This document shows positions 19,197-28,098 of a DNA stretch of 62,161 nucleotides, one piece after another (the first letter of the stretch is position 1; every line of letters begins with the position of its first letter). Origin of the DNA: Candidatus Omnitrophota bacterium (GTDB lineage Bacteria > Omnitrophota > Gorgyraeia > 2-02-FULL-51-18); the NCBI GenBank assembly GCA_016180585.1, contig JACPAX010000014.1, positions 1 to 62,161 on the forward strand. The letters are read 5' to 3'. The notes beneath the pieces were generated by a model, which was not told where the DNA came from, searched no databases, and saw nothing but the letters and a program-made list of their open reading frames with translations. The translations under genes were made by a program, and so were the position numbers.

Positions 19197-20435
19197 ATGC
19201 CCCTCTCAAAGCGGCGGCTTTTGGACCAGATGGAACTCAACGATCACGAGAAAAAAAATCTCCAGATCCTCGATACGATCCGCAAAAAAGGGCCGATCGC
19301 CCGGGCCGAGATCTCCCGCCTCATCGGGCTCAATATCGTGACGGTCACCAGCTACGTCGACCAATACATCAAAAAGGACGTGATCAAGGAAGTGGGGATC
19401 GACGTGTCGAGCGGCGGCCGGAAGCCGACCCTCGTCGACCTGAACCCCGAGGCGATTCACCTGATCGGCGTCGGTCTCAATCTCGTGGACATGATCGCGG
19501 TGCTGTGCAATCTCAAGGGAGATGTCGTTTTTCGCGTGCGAAAGGATCGCCCGCTCCAGTCCGGCGAGGGGCTGGTGATGGCGATGGTGTCGCTCGTCGA
19601 GGAGCTGATCCAAAAATCCAAGGTCGACGTCACAAAAGTCCACGGGATCGGGATCGGGAGCCCGGGTATTTTTAGCCGCGACGCCAGCTCCGTGCGCTGG
19701 CCCTCGGGGTTCCTTCACACCACCCCTTCGAAGGGGCCGCTCTCCATTTCGGTCTCCATCCATGGGATCTTCGAGGAAAAGTTCAAGATCCCCACGATCG
19801 TCGACAACGACGCGAACGCGGCGGTATTCGGCGAGGAATGGTACAGCAAAGGACTCGGCGTGCAGCACGCGATTTACCTGTATTCGGCGTGCGGATGCGG
19901 GTTTATCATCAACGGCCAGATCTACCGCGGCGCCAACGGCTCGGCCGGAGAATGGATTTTTGACAGGAAAGAGGACGACCTCCTGCCGGCGCTCATCGAG
20001 TCCTACAACTCGGGGAATTGGGAGAACGACATGGGCATCGCGCTGACGGCCCAGGTGTTGCACAGGGAAAACCCCGATTCACGGATCTATGAGCTGGTCC
20101 ATGGCGACGTCAAGAAAATCACGCTCTTCACCGTCATCAAAGCGGCGGAGGCGGGCGACGCGCTGGCCAACCGCCTGCTGAGGGAGGCCGGCGCGCGGCT
20201 GGGGAGAAAAACCGCGCTGCTGGTGAATTTGATCGATCCGGAAATCATCATCATCGGCGGGGGGGTCGAGGCCGCCGGCGTGCCCTTTATGGATGCGGTC
20301 AAGGAAGTCGTCAAGCAGATGGCCGCGCCGGAGGCCACCGAAAAGCTGCGCATCATCCCCTCGGCGCTCGGCGAGAACGGGGTGCCGCTGGGCGCGGCTG
20401 CGCTCGTCGCGCAAAACTATTTCATCAGCGCTTAG
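19197..20435 (+). CDS. ROK family transcriptional regulator, tandem paralogue
   Basis: Same architecture (ILDTIRKKGPIARAEISRLIGLNIVTVTSYV; VDNDANAAVFGE). ATG 19197 lies just after the upstream stop; the ORF opens earlier at 19092. Confidence 0.85.
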   Translation: MPLSKRRLLDQMELNDHEKKNLQILDTIRKKGPIARAEISRLIGLNIVTVTSYVDQYIKKDVIKEVGIDVSSGGRKPTLVDLNPEAIHLIGVGLNLVDMIAVLCNLKGDVVFRVRKDRPLQSGEGLVMAMVSLVEELIQKSKVDVTKVHGIGIGSPGIFSRDASSVRWPSGFLHTTPSKGPLSISVSIHGIFEEKFKIPTIVDNDANAAVFGEEWYSKGLGVQHAIYLYSACGCGFIINGQIYRGANGSAGEWIFDRKEDDLLPALIESYNSGNWENDMGIALTAQVLHRENPDSRIYELVHGDVKKITLFTVIKAAEAGDALANRLLREAGARLGRKTALLVNLIDPEIIIIGGGVEAAGVPFMDAVKEVVKQMAAPEATEKLRIIPSALGENGVPLGAAALVAQNYFISA

Positions 20436-20438
20436 CCA

Positions 20439-20459
20439 TCCGATGAAAAAGCCCAATCT
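20439..20459 (+). repeat. Fragment of the element's left arm
   Basis: TCCGATGAAAAAGCCCAATCT matches the left arm of the 122-bp element and lies directly after the ROK stop codon. Confidence 0.7.
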
Positions 20460-20472
20460 CCGCTTACTGTAA

Positions 20473-20844
20473 ATGGAAACGCGCGTTTGTATTTATTGCA
20501 GTATCTCGTTTCTGCCGAACAAGTACTCCACTCGCCAGAAAGTCTGCTCCAGCCCCGTCTGCCAGAAAAAGAGACAGCAGGAGAGCATGCGCGCCTGGCG
20601 CCAGAAAAATCCGAATTATTTCAAATACGACGAGTCCAAGGGCCCGGTCTGGCTCGAAACCCAGCGCAAAAGATCCAGGGTTTGGCGCGAGAAAAATCCC
20701 GAAAAAATCAAGCTCTACCGTCACACCCATCAAGCGGAATACCGCCGGTACATGAAGGAATACATGCGCCGTTACCGCGAAACAAAGAAGGTCTCCGTCA
20801 AAAAACCCCCCAGCCCGCCGCCGGCGCCGCCCCCGCAATTGTAA
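20473..20844 (+). CDS. Small basic zinc-ribbon-like protein, unknown function
   Basis: CIYC...C....C at the N-terminus, an internal WR.KNP duplication (AWRQKNPNYFKY / VWREKNPEKIKLY) and a Pro-rich tail. I recognise no family. Confidence 0.5.
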   Translation: METRVCIYCSISFLPNKYSTRQKVCSSPVCQKKRQQESMRAWRQKNPNYFKYDESKGPVWLETQRKRSRVWREKNPEKIKLYRHTHQAEYRRYMKEYMRRYRETKKVSVKKPPSPPPAPPPQL

Positions 20845-20871
20845 ACCAAAAGACGTTTGTTTGGTTGACGG
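20839..20871 (+). promoter_or_regulatory. BirA operator-like inverted repeat upstream of bioB
   Basis: TTGTAAACC-N15-GGTTGACGG, compared with the remembered proteobacterial bioO form TTGTAAACC-N14-16-GGTTTACAA. A TATAAT lies at 20883-20888. Confidence 0.45.
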
Positions 20872-20908
20872 TGGGGTTATGTTATAATCCTTCCAAAGAC
20901 GAGGGGCC

Positions 20909-21916
20909 ATGCTTGATCTGATTTTGAAAGTCAGGGAAACTATTTTGTCGGGGGGTGAGATCGCTTACGAGGAGGCGCTCACGCTGACGGAGGCCTCCCC
21001 GGAGGAGATCCCGTATCTGGCCGCCGTCGCCAATGAGGTGCGCCGTAAGTTCGCGGGATCCCGCGTCGAATCCTGCGCCCTTTCCAATATCAAGAGCGGC
21101 GGCTGCAGCGAGGACTGCAAGTTTTGCGCCCAGTCCGCACATTACAAGACCGACAGCCCCGTTTATCCTCAGATCGGCGTCGAGGAGATCGTGGCGCAGG
21201 CGAAGGCCGCCGAGGCGATGGGCGCCACCGAATTTTGTCTTGTCTCGAGCGGCTGGGGAGTGACCAGCGACAAGGAATTTCAGACCGTGCTCGAGGCCGT
21301 GCGCCGGATCTCGACCGAGACCGGTCTTTTTGCGGACTGCTCGCTGGGGTTCATGACCGACGGGCAGATGAAGGCGCTCAAAGACGCGGGGCTTTACCGC
21401 AACAACCACAATCTGGAGGCGTCCAGGGATTATTTCGGCAAGGTCTGCACGACGCATCCCTATCAAAATCGCGTCAACCACGTGCGGATGGCCGCGGACG
21501 CGGGGGTCCATCCCTGCTCCGGCGGGATCTTGGGAATGGGCGAGAGCCCAAAAGACAGGGTCGACCTCGCCTTTGAACTCAAAAGACTCCACGTCGACTG
21601 CGTGCCGGTGAATGTCCTCAACCCGAGGCGAGGGACCCCGCTGGGGGAGGTGGGGCCAATCCCGCCGATGGAAATCATCAAGACCGTCGCCATCTACCGC
21701 CTGATCCTGCCGAAGAGCACCTTGAAGATCGCCGGCGGCCGGGAAGTGAACCTGCGCGATCTGCAGGCGATGGCCATGCAGGCGGGGGCCAACGGGCTGA
21801 TCCTGGGGAACTATCTCACGACGATGGGAAGAAGCCCGGAACAGGACATTCAGATGCTCAAAGACCTGGGTTTCGAGGTGACGTCTCCGGTTGGAATTTC
21901 TTCAGAACGAGCTTGA
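20909..21916 (+). CDS. bioB: Biotin synthase
   Basis: Radical-SAM CSEDCKFCAQS cluster motif and biotin synthase blocks (YRNNHNLE, GGILGMGES). Confidence 0.95.
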   Translation: MLDLILKVRETILSGGEIAYEEALTLTEASPEEIPYLAAVANEVRRKFAGSRVESCALSNIKSGGCSEDCKFCAQSAHYKTDSPVYPQIGVEEIVAQAKAAEAMGATEFCLVSSGWGVTSDKEFQTVLEAVRRISTETGLFADCSLGFMTDGQMKALKDAGLYRNNHNLEASRDYFGKVCTTHPYQNRVNHVRMAADAGVHPCSGGILGMGESPKDRVDLAFELKRLHVDCVPVNVLNPRRGTPLGEVGPIPPMEIIKTVAIYRLILPKSTLKIAGGREVNLRDLQAMAMQAGANGLILGNYLTTMGRSPEQDIQMLKDLGFEVTSPVGISSERA

Positions 21917-23048
21917 CGAACTGAAACGCAAAAAGATTTGCCGCCTCCTTGAGACGGTCGCTTGCTCGGGTCCGGCGCGGATCCGCGCCGCCGGGGACCG
22001 GCTTCTCGACTTTTCCTCCAATAACTATCTGGGTTTGACCGCCCATCCCCGCGTCTTGCGGGAATCCGCCCTCGCGATCCGGCGATGGGGAACCGGGAGC
22101 GGGGCGTCCCGCCTGCTTTCGGGAAATCTCAAGATTCACGAAGATCTGGAGGCGAAGATCGCCGCGTTCAAAGGCGAAGAGGCGGCGGCTGTTTTTTCTT
22201 CGGGGTATATGGCCGCTCTCGGAGCGGTGACCTCGCTTGTCGGGGAAAAAGACGCGGTGCTCGTCGACCGACTGAATCACGCCAGCCTCATCGATGCGGC
22301 CAGGCTCTCCAGGGCCAAGTTTTGGGTGTATCCGCACCGTGACGCGGCGGCTCTCGACGATCTCCTCGGGAGGGCCAAGGGATACCGACGGCGCCTGGTG
22401 GTCACCGATTCTTATTTCAGCATGGACGGAGACATCGCCCCGCTCGGACGGATCGCGGAGGTCTGCCGCCGGCGCGGGGCGCTTCTGATGGTGGACGAGG
22501 CGCACGCGACCGGGGTCTTCGGAAAAAGGGGGAGCGGGCTTACCGAGCATTTCGGTCTGACGGGCACGATAGACGTCGTGATGGGCACTTTGAGCAAAGC
22601 CCTGGCGAGTGTCGGCGGATACGTGGCCGGAAAGGCCGTGCTGAAGCGGTATCTGGTCACCCGATCGCGCCAGTTCATTTACACGACCGCGCCGTCTCCG
22701 GCGGCCTCCGGGGCCGCTTATGGGGCGATCGGCGTGATTGAAAAGCACCCGGAAATACGGGAGCGTTACTGGGAGAAGATCCGGCGGACACGCGGGTCCC
22801 TGGAGGCGCTGGGTTTCGACCTGATGGATTCCGAAGGACCGGTCGTCCCGGTCCTTATCGGGGACACGGCGCGCGCGGTCCGCGCCGCGGCATTCCTGAG
22901 GAGACACGGGATTTTCGCGCCGGCGATCCGCCCGCCGACGGTGCCGAATCGGACGGACCGGATTCGCCTGTCCCTCACCGCCGCCCACACGGAGGAGGAC
23001 CTTGGCCGTCTGATCGCGGCGCTCCAAAAAATGAGGAAACGCCTTTGA
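21891..23048 (+). CDS. bioF: 8-amino-7-oxononanoate synthase
   Basis: PLP class II aminotransferase blocks (SNNYLGL, DEAHATGVFG, GTLSKALAS) in the bio operon. TTG start overlapping bioB. Confidence 0.9.
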   Translation: MEFLQNELDELKRKKICRLLETVACSGPARIRAAGDRLLDFSSNNYLGLTAHPRVLRESALAIRRWGTGSGASRLLSGNLKIHEDLEAKIAAFKGEEAAAVFSSGYMAALGAVTSLVGEKDAVLVDRLNHASLIDAARLSRAKFWVYPHRDAAALDDLLGRAKGYRRRLVVTDSYFSMDGDIAPLGRIAEVCRRRGALLMVDEAHATGVFGKRGSGLTEHFGLTGTIDVVMGTLSKALASVGGYVAGKAVLKRYLVTRSRQFIYTTAPSPAASGAAYGAIGVIEKHPEIRERYWEKIRRTRGSLEALGFDLMDSEGPVVPVLIGDTARAVRAAAFLRRHGIFAPAIRPPTVPNRTDRIRLSLTAAHTEEDLGRLIAALQKMRKRL

Positions 23049-24412
23049 CGCGGGCCCGGACAAAAAAACTGATCGCCTGGGACAAAAAATACGTCTGGCA
23101 CCCCTTCACTCAGATGAAGGAATGGGGACGGGGCGCGGACGGCCAGCCGATCGCCGTGATCGAGAAGGGAAAGGGCAATGCCCTTGTGGACACCGACGGC
23201 CGCCGCTATCTCGACGGCGTCTCCTCGCTCTGGTGCAACGTCCACGGCCATCGGGTCGCCAAAATCGACCGGGCGCTTGAAAGACAACTCGGCCTGATCG
23301 CGCATTCGACGTTTCTGGGGCTCTCCAGCGTCCCCGCCGTCCGGCTGGCGAAGAAGCTCGTCGAAATAGCCCCGAAAGGCCTGACCAAAGTTTTTTATTC
23401 CGATTCCGGATCCGCGGCGGTGGAGGTGGCCATGAAGATGGCGTTTCAGTATTGGCGGCTTGGGGGCCGCCGCAAAAAAAACACCTTCTTGAACCTGAAA
23501 AACGCCTACCACGGGGACACGCTGGGATCGGTGAGCGTCGGCGGGATCGATCTTTTTCACGAAATTTTCAGGCCGCTCCTCTTCAAGACCTACCGGGTCG
23601 ACGCCCCCTATTTCTACAGGGACGGATTCCGGGGAAACCCGGGCGGGTACGCGCGCTTTTGCGCCCAAAAGGTGGAGTCGGTCCTGAAGAAACATCACTC
23701 CCGGATCGCGGCGGTTATCGTAGAACCCCTGATGCAGGGCGCGGCCGGGATGCTGAACCAGCCCCCGGGTTATCTGGCCCGGGTGAGACGGCTCGCAAAA
23801 AAGTACGGGGCGCTTTTTATCGCCGATGAAGTGGCGACGGGTTTTGGACGCACCGGGAGGATGTTCGCCTGCGAGTGGGAGGGGGTCACCCCCGATTTTC
23901 TTTGTCTGGCCAAAGGGATCACCGGGGGTTATCTGCCGCTTTCGGCGACGCTGACCACGGAGAAAGTCTACCGGGCTTTTTGGGGAGAGTACGGCGAGCT
24001 CAAAGCTTTTTTTCATGGGCATACGTATTCGGCCAATCCGCTGGCCTGCGCCGCGGCGCTCGCGAATCTCGAAATTTTTGAAAAAGAAAAAGTCATCCGG
24101 AAATTACAGCCGAAGATCAGGCTGCTCGCCGAAGCGCTCGGGAAGATCCGCGGGCTGGAGCATGTCGGCGACGTGCGGCAGACGGGGCTCATGGTCGGGA
24201 TAGAGCTTGTGAAGGACAGGGAGACCCAAGCGCCCTACCCGACGGAGGAAAAGCGGGGATACCGCGTCACGTCTCTGGCCAGAACATACGGCGTGATGCT
24301 GCGGCCGCTCGGAAACGTCGTGGTCCTCATGCCGCCGCTGTCGATCACGAAAGACCAGATCCTCAGGCTTTGCCGCGTCGTGGGCAGGTGCATTCGGGAA
24401 ACCACGGAATGA
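23045..24412 (+). CDS. bioA: Adenosylmethionine-8-amino-7-oxononanoate aminotransferase
   Basis: Class III aminotransferase blocks ([44 protein letters not shown]). Confidence 0.92.
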   Translation: MTRARTKKLIAWDKKYVWHPFTQMKEWGRGADGQPIAVIEKGKGNALVDTDGRRYLDGVSSLWCNVHGHRVAKIDRALERQLGLIAHSTFLGLSSVPAVRLAKKLVEIAPKGLTKVFYSDSGSAAVEVAMKMAFQYWRLGGRRKKNTFLNLKNAYHGDTLGSVSVGGIDLFHEIFRPLLFKTYRVDAPYFYRDGFRGNPGGYARFCAQKVESVLKKHHSRIAAVIVEPLMQGAAGMLNQPPGYLARVRRLAKKYGALFIADEVATGFGRTGRMFACEWEGVTPDFLCLAKGITGGYLPLSATLTTEKVYRAFWGEYGELKAFFHGHTYSANPLACAAALANLEIFEKEKVIRKLQPKIRLLAEALGKIRGLEHVGDVRQTGLMVGIELVKDRETQAPYPTEEKRGYRVTSLARTYGVMLRPLGNVVVLMPPLSITKDQILRLCRVVGRCIRETTE

Positions 24413-25083
24413 TGAAATCGATTTTTGTGGCCGGAACGGACACGGGGGTGGGGAAGACGACGGTGGCCGGGGCGTTGGCGGCGGCGATGAGGTTTAAGGG
24501 TCTGCGCGTCGGCGTGATGAAGCCGGTTTCCTGCGGGGGCCTTGAGGATGTCCGGTTTCTGATGGAACGCGCGGGGGCGCGTGAGCCGATGGAGAAGGCC
24601 GCGCCGATCGTTTTGAAGCGCCCGTTTTCTCCCAATGTCGCGGCAAAGATGGAGAGGCGAAAAATCAGCCTGGAGGCGATAGGCGATTCGCTGGAGTATT
24701 TCGAAAAGCGCTGTGATTATCTTTTGATCGAAGGCTGCGGCGGCCTGCTGGTCCCGGTCACCGACAGGCTCTATGTAATAGACCTGATCGCTCTCACCCG
24801 CTCCCGAACCATTCTGGTCTCGCGGTCCGGACTCGGGACGATCAACCATTCGCTCTTGAGCATCGAGGCCCTGAAAAAGAGAGGGATTGAGCCGGTCGGG
24901 GTCGTCTATAACCGCCTGAGCGGCGGGCCGCTTTCGGTTCCGGAAAAAACCAGTCCCGCGGTCGTCTTTGACCGGTCGGGAGTGCGCTCGCTCGGCGTTT
25001 TTCCGTTTATGAAAAACAGTTCGGCGGACCGCGCCCGAAAAGCGTTCCTGAAACATGTAGCGCTCGGAAAAATTCTGTGTTAG
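24409..25083 (+). CDS. bioD: Dethiobiotin synthetase
   Basis: [20 protein letters not shown]-loop and EGCGGLLVP. The ATG overlaps the bioA stop (ATGA). Confidence 0.9.
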   Translation: MMKSIFVAGTDTGVGKTTVAGALAAAMRFKGLRVGVMKPVSCGGLEDVRFLMERAGAREPMEKAAPIVLKRPFSPNVAAKMERRKISLEAIGDSLEYFEKRCDYLLIEGCGGLLVPVTDRLYVIDLIALTRSRTILVSRSGLGTINHSLLSIEALKKRGIEPVGVVYNRLSGGPLSVPEKTSPAVVFDRSGVRSLGVFPFMKNSSADRARKAFLKHVALGKILC

Positions 25084-25116
25084 ATTAGCACTCTGCTGAA
25101 AAACTTATAAGCCGAA

Positions 25117-25164
25117 CCGTCCGATCAAAAAGCCCAAGAGGCATTGGGCTTTTTCATCAGACTG
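25117..25164 (+). terminator. Minimal element copy (arms only), a terminator-like hairpin after bioD
   Basis: AAAAAGCCCAA-gaggca-TTGGGCTTTTT forms a perfect 11-bp stem flanked by the GTCCGATC/CATCAGAC arm sequences. The stem ends in a T run. Confidence 0.6.
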
Positions 25165-25172
25165 TTGGCGGA

Positions 25173-26330
25173 ATGGTTTTGACCCGATTTCCGGACGATT
25201 TTGAAGCCCGAATGGCCCTTTTGCAGGAAGCGCATTCGTTACAAAAAACCCCGCTCTACGACCGGCATGTCGCGCTCGGCGGCAAGATGGTGGACTTTGC
25301 CGGATGGCTCATGCCCGTTTATTACACGGGGATTATCGCCGAGCACCTCTGGACGCGCAAGTCCTGCGGGGTGTTTGACGTCTCCCACCTCGGGGAGATC
25401 CAGGTCAAAGGACCCGGGGCCCTTGACTTTCTCCAGTATCGCCTCACGAACGATCTGAATAAAATCAACGACGGCCAAATCCTCTACAACCTTCTCTGCG
25501 ACGAGGGCGGTTTCGCGCTGGATGACGTGCTGGCCTATCGTTCCGGAGCGGAGGATTTTTACCTCATCGTAAACGCCGCCAATATCGGGCGCGACTATGA
25601 GGCGCTCTCCCGCTACGCGCCGGCGTCGGTGTCGCTTGTCGACCGCAGCGATTCGACGGCCTGCGTGGCGATCCAGGGTCCGCGGTCCGAGGGAATTCTC
25701 GAACGTCTCTTCGGTTTTCGTCTTGAGGGCCTGCGTTATTATCATTTCGGGAAAGAAACGCTTGCGGGGCGGCCCGTCTGGATTTCCCGAAGCGGTTACA
25801 CCGGCGAGGATGGGTTCGAAATCTTTTCGGAGCCGGCGGCCGTGGGGCAGATCTGGGACAAACTGATCGGGGAGGGCCGTTCCTTGGGAACGCTGCCGGC
25901 CGGTTTGGGGGCCAGAAACACGCTCCGCCTGGAGGCGGGAAACGCCCTTTATGGCAGCGACATGGATCGCGCCACGACCCCGCTCGAGGCCGGGCTTGGC
26001 TGGGCCGTCTCGTTCGACAAGGGCCGCTTTGTCGGCCGCGACGGGCTTCTCAAACAGAAAGAACACGGCCCCCGACGCCGCCTCGTCGGGTTCAAGATGC
26101 TCGACAAGCCGATCGCCAGAGAAGGGTATCCTATTTTCAAAGCAGGCAGAAAGATTGGCGTGGTGACCAGCGGTTCTTACGGGCCAAGTGCCGGCTACAA
26201 TATCGGACTCGGGTTCGTGGAGGCGCAGTCGGCGGTTCGCGGGACGGGGATTGAAATCGAGGTGCACGGGAGGTCCGTCAGGGCCGAAATCGCGAAGCTC
26301 CCGTTCGTGCCTTCCCAACACAAGAAATAA
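25173..26330 (+). CDS. gcvT: Glycine cleavage system T protein (aminomethyltransferase)
   Basis: TPLYDRHVALGGKMVDFAGWLMPVYY, FDVSHLGEI and SRSGYTGEDGFEI blocks. ATG 25212 is an alternative start. Confidence 0.92.
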   Translation: MVLTRFPDDFEARMALLQEAHSLQKTPLYDRHVALGGKMVDFAGWLMPVYYTGIIAEHLWTRKSCGVFDVSHLGEIQVKGPGALDFLQYRLTNDLNKINDGQILYNLLCDEGGFALDDVLAYRSGAEDFYLIVNAANIGRDYEALSRYAPASVSLVDRSDSTACVAIQGPRSEGILERLFGFRLEGLRYYHFGKETLAGRPVWISRSGYTGEDGFEIFSEPAAVGQIWDKLIGEGRSLGTLPAGLGARNTLRLEAGNALYGSDMDRATTPLEAGLGWAVSFDKGRFVGRDGLLKQKEHGPRRRLVGFKMLDKPIAREGYPIFKAGRKIGVVTSGSYGPSAGYNIGLGFVEAQSAVRGTGIEIEVHGRSVRAEIAKLPFVPSQHKK

Positions 26331-26356
26331 CATTCCAGCAGGAGAGGTTTTAAGCC

Positions 26357-26746
26357 ATGAGCGATTCAACGGGGTTGAGATATCTTGAGACGCACGAATG
26401 GGTCCGCCTGGAAGGAAAAATCGCGACGGTCGGCATCAGCGATCACGCGCAAAAAGAAATCTCCGATGTGGTCTTCGTGGAGCTTCCGAAGCCCGACAGG
26501 ACGGTGAAGCAAAAAGAAAGCGTCCTGGTCATCGAATCCGTCAAGGCCGCCTTTGATATCTACGCGCCGATGTCGGGCAAGGTGATCCGGGTGAACGAAA
26601 CCCTCAAGACCAAGCCGGATCTCGTGAACCGGTCTCCCTACGGCGAGGGCTGGCTTTTTCAGGTGGAATGTTCGGACCTGAAAGAAGCGGAGGCCCTGAT
26701 GGACGAGTCCCGCTACAAGAGCCTCGGGCACGCGGCAGGGCACTAA
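26357..26746 (+). CDS. gcvH: Glycine cleavage system H protein
   Basis: Lipoyl-lysine block ESVKAAFDIYAPMSGKV and HEWVR near the N-terminus. Confidence 0.93.
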   Translation: MSDSTGLRYLETHEWVRLEGKIATVGISDHAQKEISDVVFVELPKPDRTVKQKESVLVIESVKAAFDIYAPMSGKVIRVNETLKTKPDLVNRSPYGEGWLFQVECSDLKEAEALMDESRYKSLGHAAGH

Positions 26747-26763
26747 AGGCCTTTCGACGCGCG

Positions 26764-28098
26764 ATGCAGTACCTCTCCAACGCCGAAAGCGACAAGGCCG
26801 AAATGCTAAAGGCCATCGGCGTGTCCTCGTTCGATCGCCTGACGGCGTCCGTCCCTCCGGGGCTCAAGCGCTTCGATTGGAAAATTCCGCAGGGAATCTC
26901 GGAGCTCGAGCTGATGCGCCAGATGGTGGAGCTGGGCCGCCAGAACAGGCATTTTCACCATTTTGCCTCGTATCTGGGCGCCGGAAACTACGACCACTTC
27001 ATTCCCGGCGTCGTCGGACAACTCGCGGGCCGCGGGGAATTCCTCACCGCCTACACCCCTTATCAGGGCGAGGCCAGCCAGGGCACGCTTCAGAGTATTT
27101 ACGAGTACCAGAGCCTCGTCTGCGAATTGACAGCGATGGATTATTCCAACGCGTCCATGTATGACGGCGCGTCCAGTCTGGCGGAGGCCGCGCTTTTGGC
27201 CCTGCGTTCCAGCGGCCGAAAAAAAATTCTTCTCCCCGCGACCCTTCATCCGGAATACCGGCGCGTCGTCCAAACCTATCTTTCATGCCTTGACGCGGAG
27301 ACGGTCACGGTTCCGATGAAGGAGGGCGTGATCGATGAGGCGGCCCTGGGTCGCCTGTTGGACGCCGGGACGGCCGCCGTGGTCGTGCAGCACCCGAATT
27401 TTTTCGGATTGTTTGAGGAGACACGCCGGGTCTCCTCGATGGCGCGCGAGGCCGGGGCGCTGGTCATCGCCTGCGTGAATCCTATTTCGCTCGGGATCCT
27501 GGAGCCGCCGGGGGAATACGGCGCCGATATCGCGGTCGGGGAGGGACAGCCGCTCGGCAACCCCGCGTCGTTCGGCGGGCCGCATTTCGGCTTTTTCACG
27601 GTGAAGGCGGAATTCCTGAGGAGAATTCCGGGCCGCATCGCGGGGATGGCCCTCGACAAGGTCGGCCGTCGTTCGTTTGTGCTGACGCTTCAGGCCCGCG
27701 AGCAGCATATCCGCCGCGAAAAAGCGACCTCCAATATCTGCACCAATCACTCCCTCTGCGCTCTAAAGGGCGCGATTTATCTGAGCCTCCTGGGCAAAAA
27801 GGGGATAAGGAAGCTCGCGCTTCTCAACCTCAAAAATGCCCACGACACCCACGAGAGGCTTCTTCAGATTCCCGGGGTCAGGGAATTTTCGAAGAAACCT
27901 TTTTTCAACGAATTCGCGCTGAAGGTGGACAGAGACCCCGCGACCCTGAGAAAGAAACTGCGAGAAAACAGGATCCTCGGGCCGCTGGCCCTCAAAGAAT
28001 TTTATCCCGAGTTTCCATCGGCCTACCTTTTTGCCGTAACCGAAAACAGGACGCCGGAGGACCTGGCGCGCTTGGCCGGGGCGCTGGAGTCGTCGTGA
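26764..28098 (+). CDS. gcvPA: Glycine dehydrogenase (decarboxylating) subunit 1
   Basis: MQYLSNAESDKAEMLKAIGV start and TAYTPYQGEASQGTLQSIYEYQ block. ATG 26764 chosen inside the longer ORF. Confidence 0.92.
   Translation: MQYLSNAESDKAEMLKAIGVSSFDRLTASVPPGLKRFDWKIPQGISELELMRQMVELGRQNRHFHHFASYLGAGNYDHFIPGVVGQLAGRGEFLTAYTPYQGEASQGTLQSIYEYQSLVCELTAMDYSNASMYDGASSLAEAALLALRSSGRKKILLPATLHPEYRRVVQTYLSCLDAETVTVPMKEGVIDEAALGRLLDAGTAAVVVQHPNFFGLFEETRRVSSMAREAGALVIACVNPISLGILEPPGEYGADIAVGEGQPLGNPASFGGPHFGFFTVKAEFLRRIPGRIAGMALDKVGRRSFVLTLQAREQHIRREKATSNICTNHSLCALKGAIYLSLLGKKGIRKLALLNLKNAHDTHERLLQIPGVREFSKKPFFNEFALKVDRDPATLRKKLRENRILGPLALKEFYPEFPSAYLFAVTENRTPEDLARLAGALESS

Noticed and set aside
21858-24022. 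401-aa and 418-aa minus-strand ORFs across bioF/bioA
   Set aside because: They are antisense to clear bioF and bioA genes and have the same biased composition.
25084-25172. Glycine riboswitch upstream of gcvT
   Set aside because: The spacer is only ~90 nt and is fully accounted for by the arms-only hairpin. I see no tandem GGAGAG...CACCG aptamer-like sequences.
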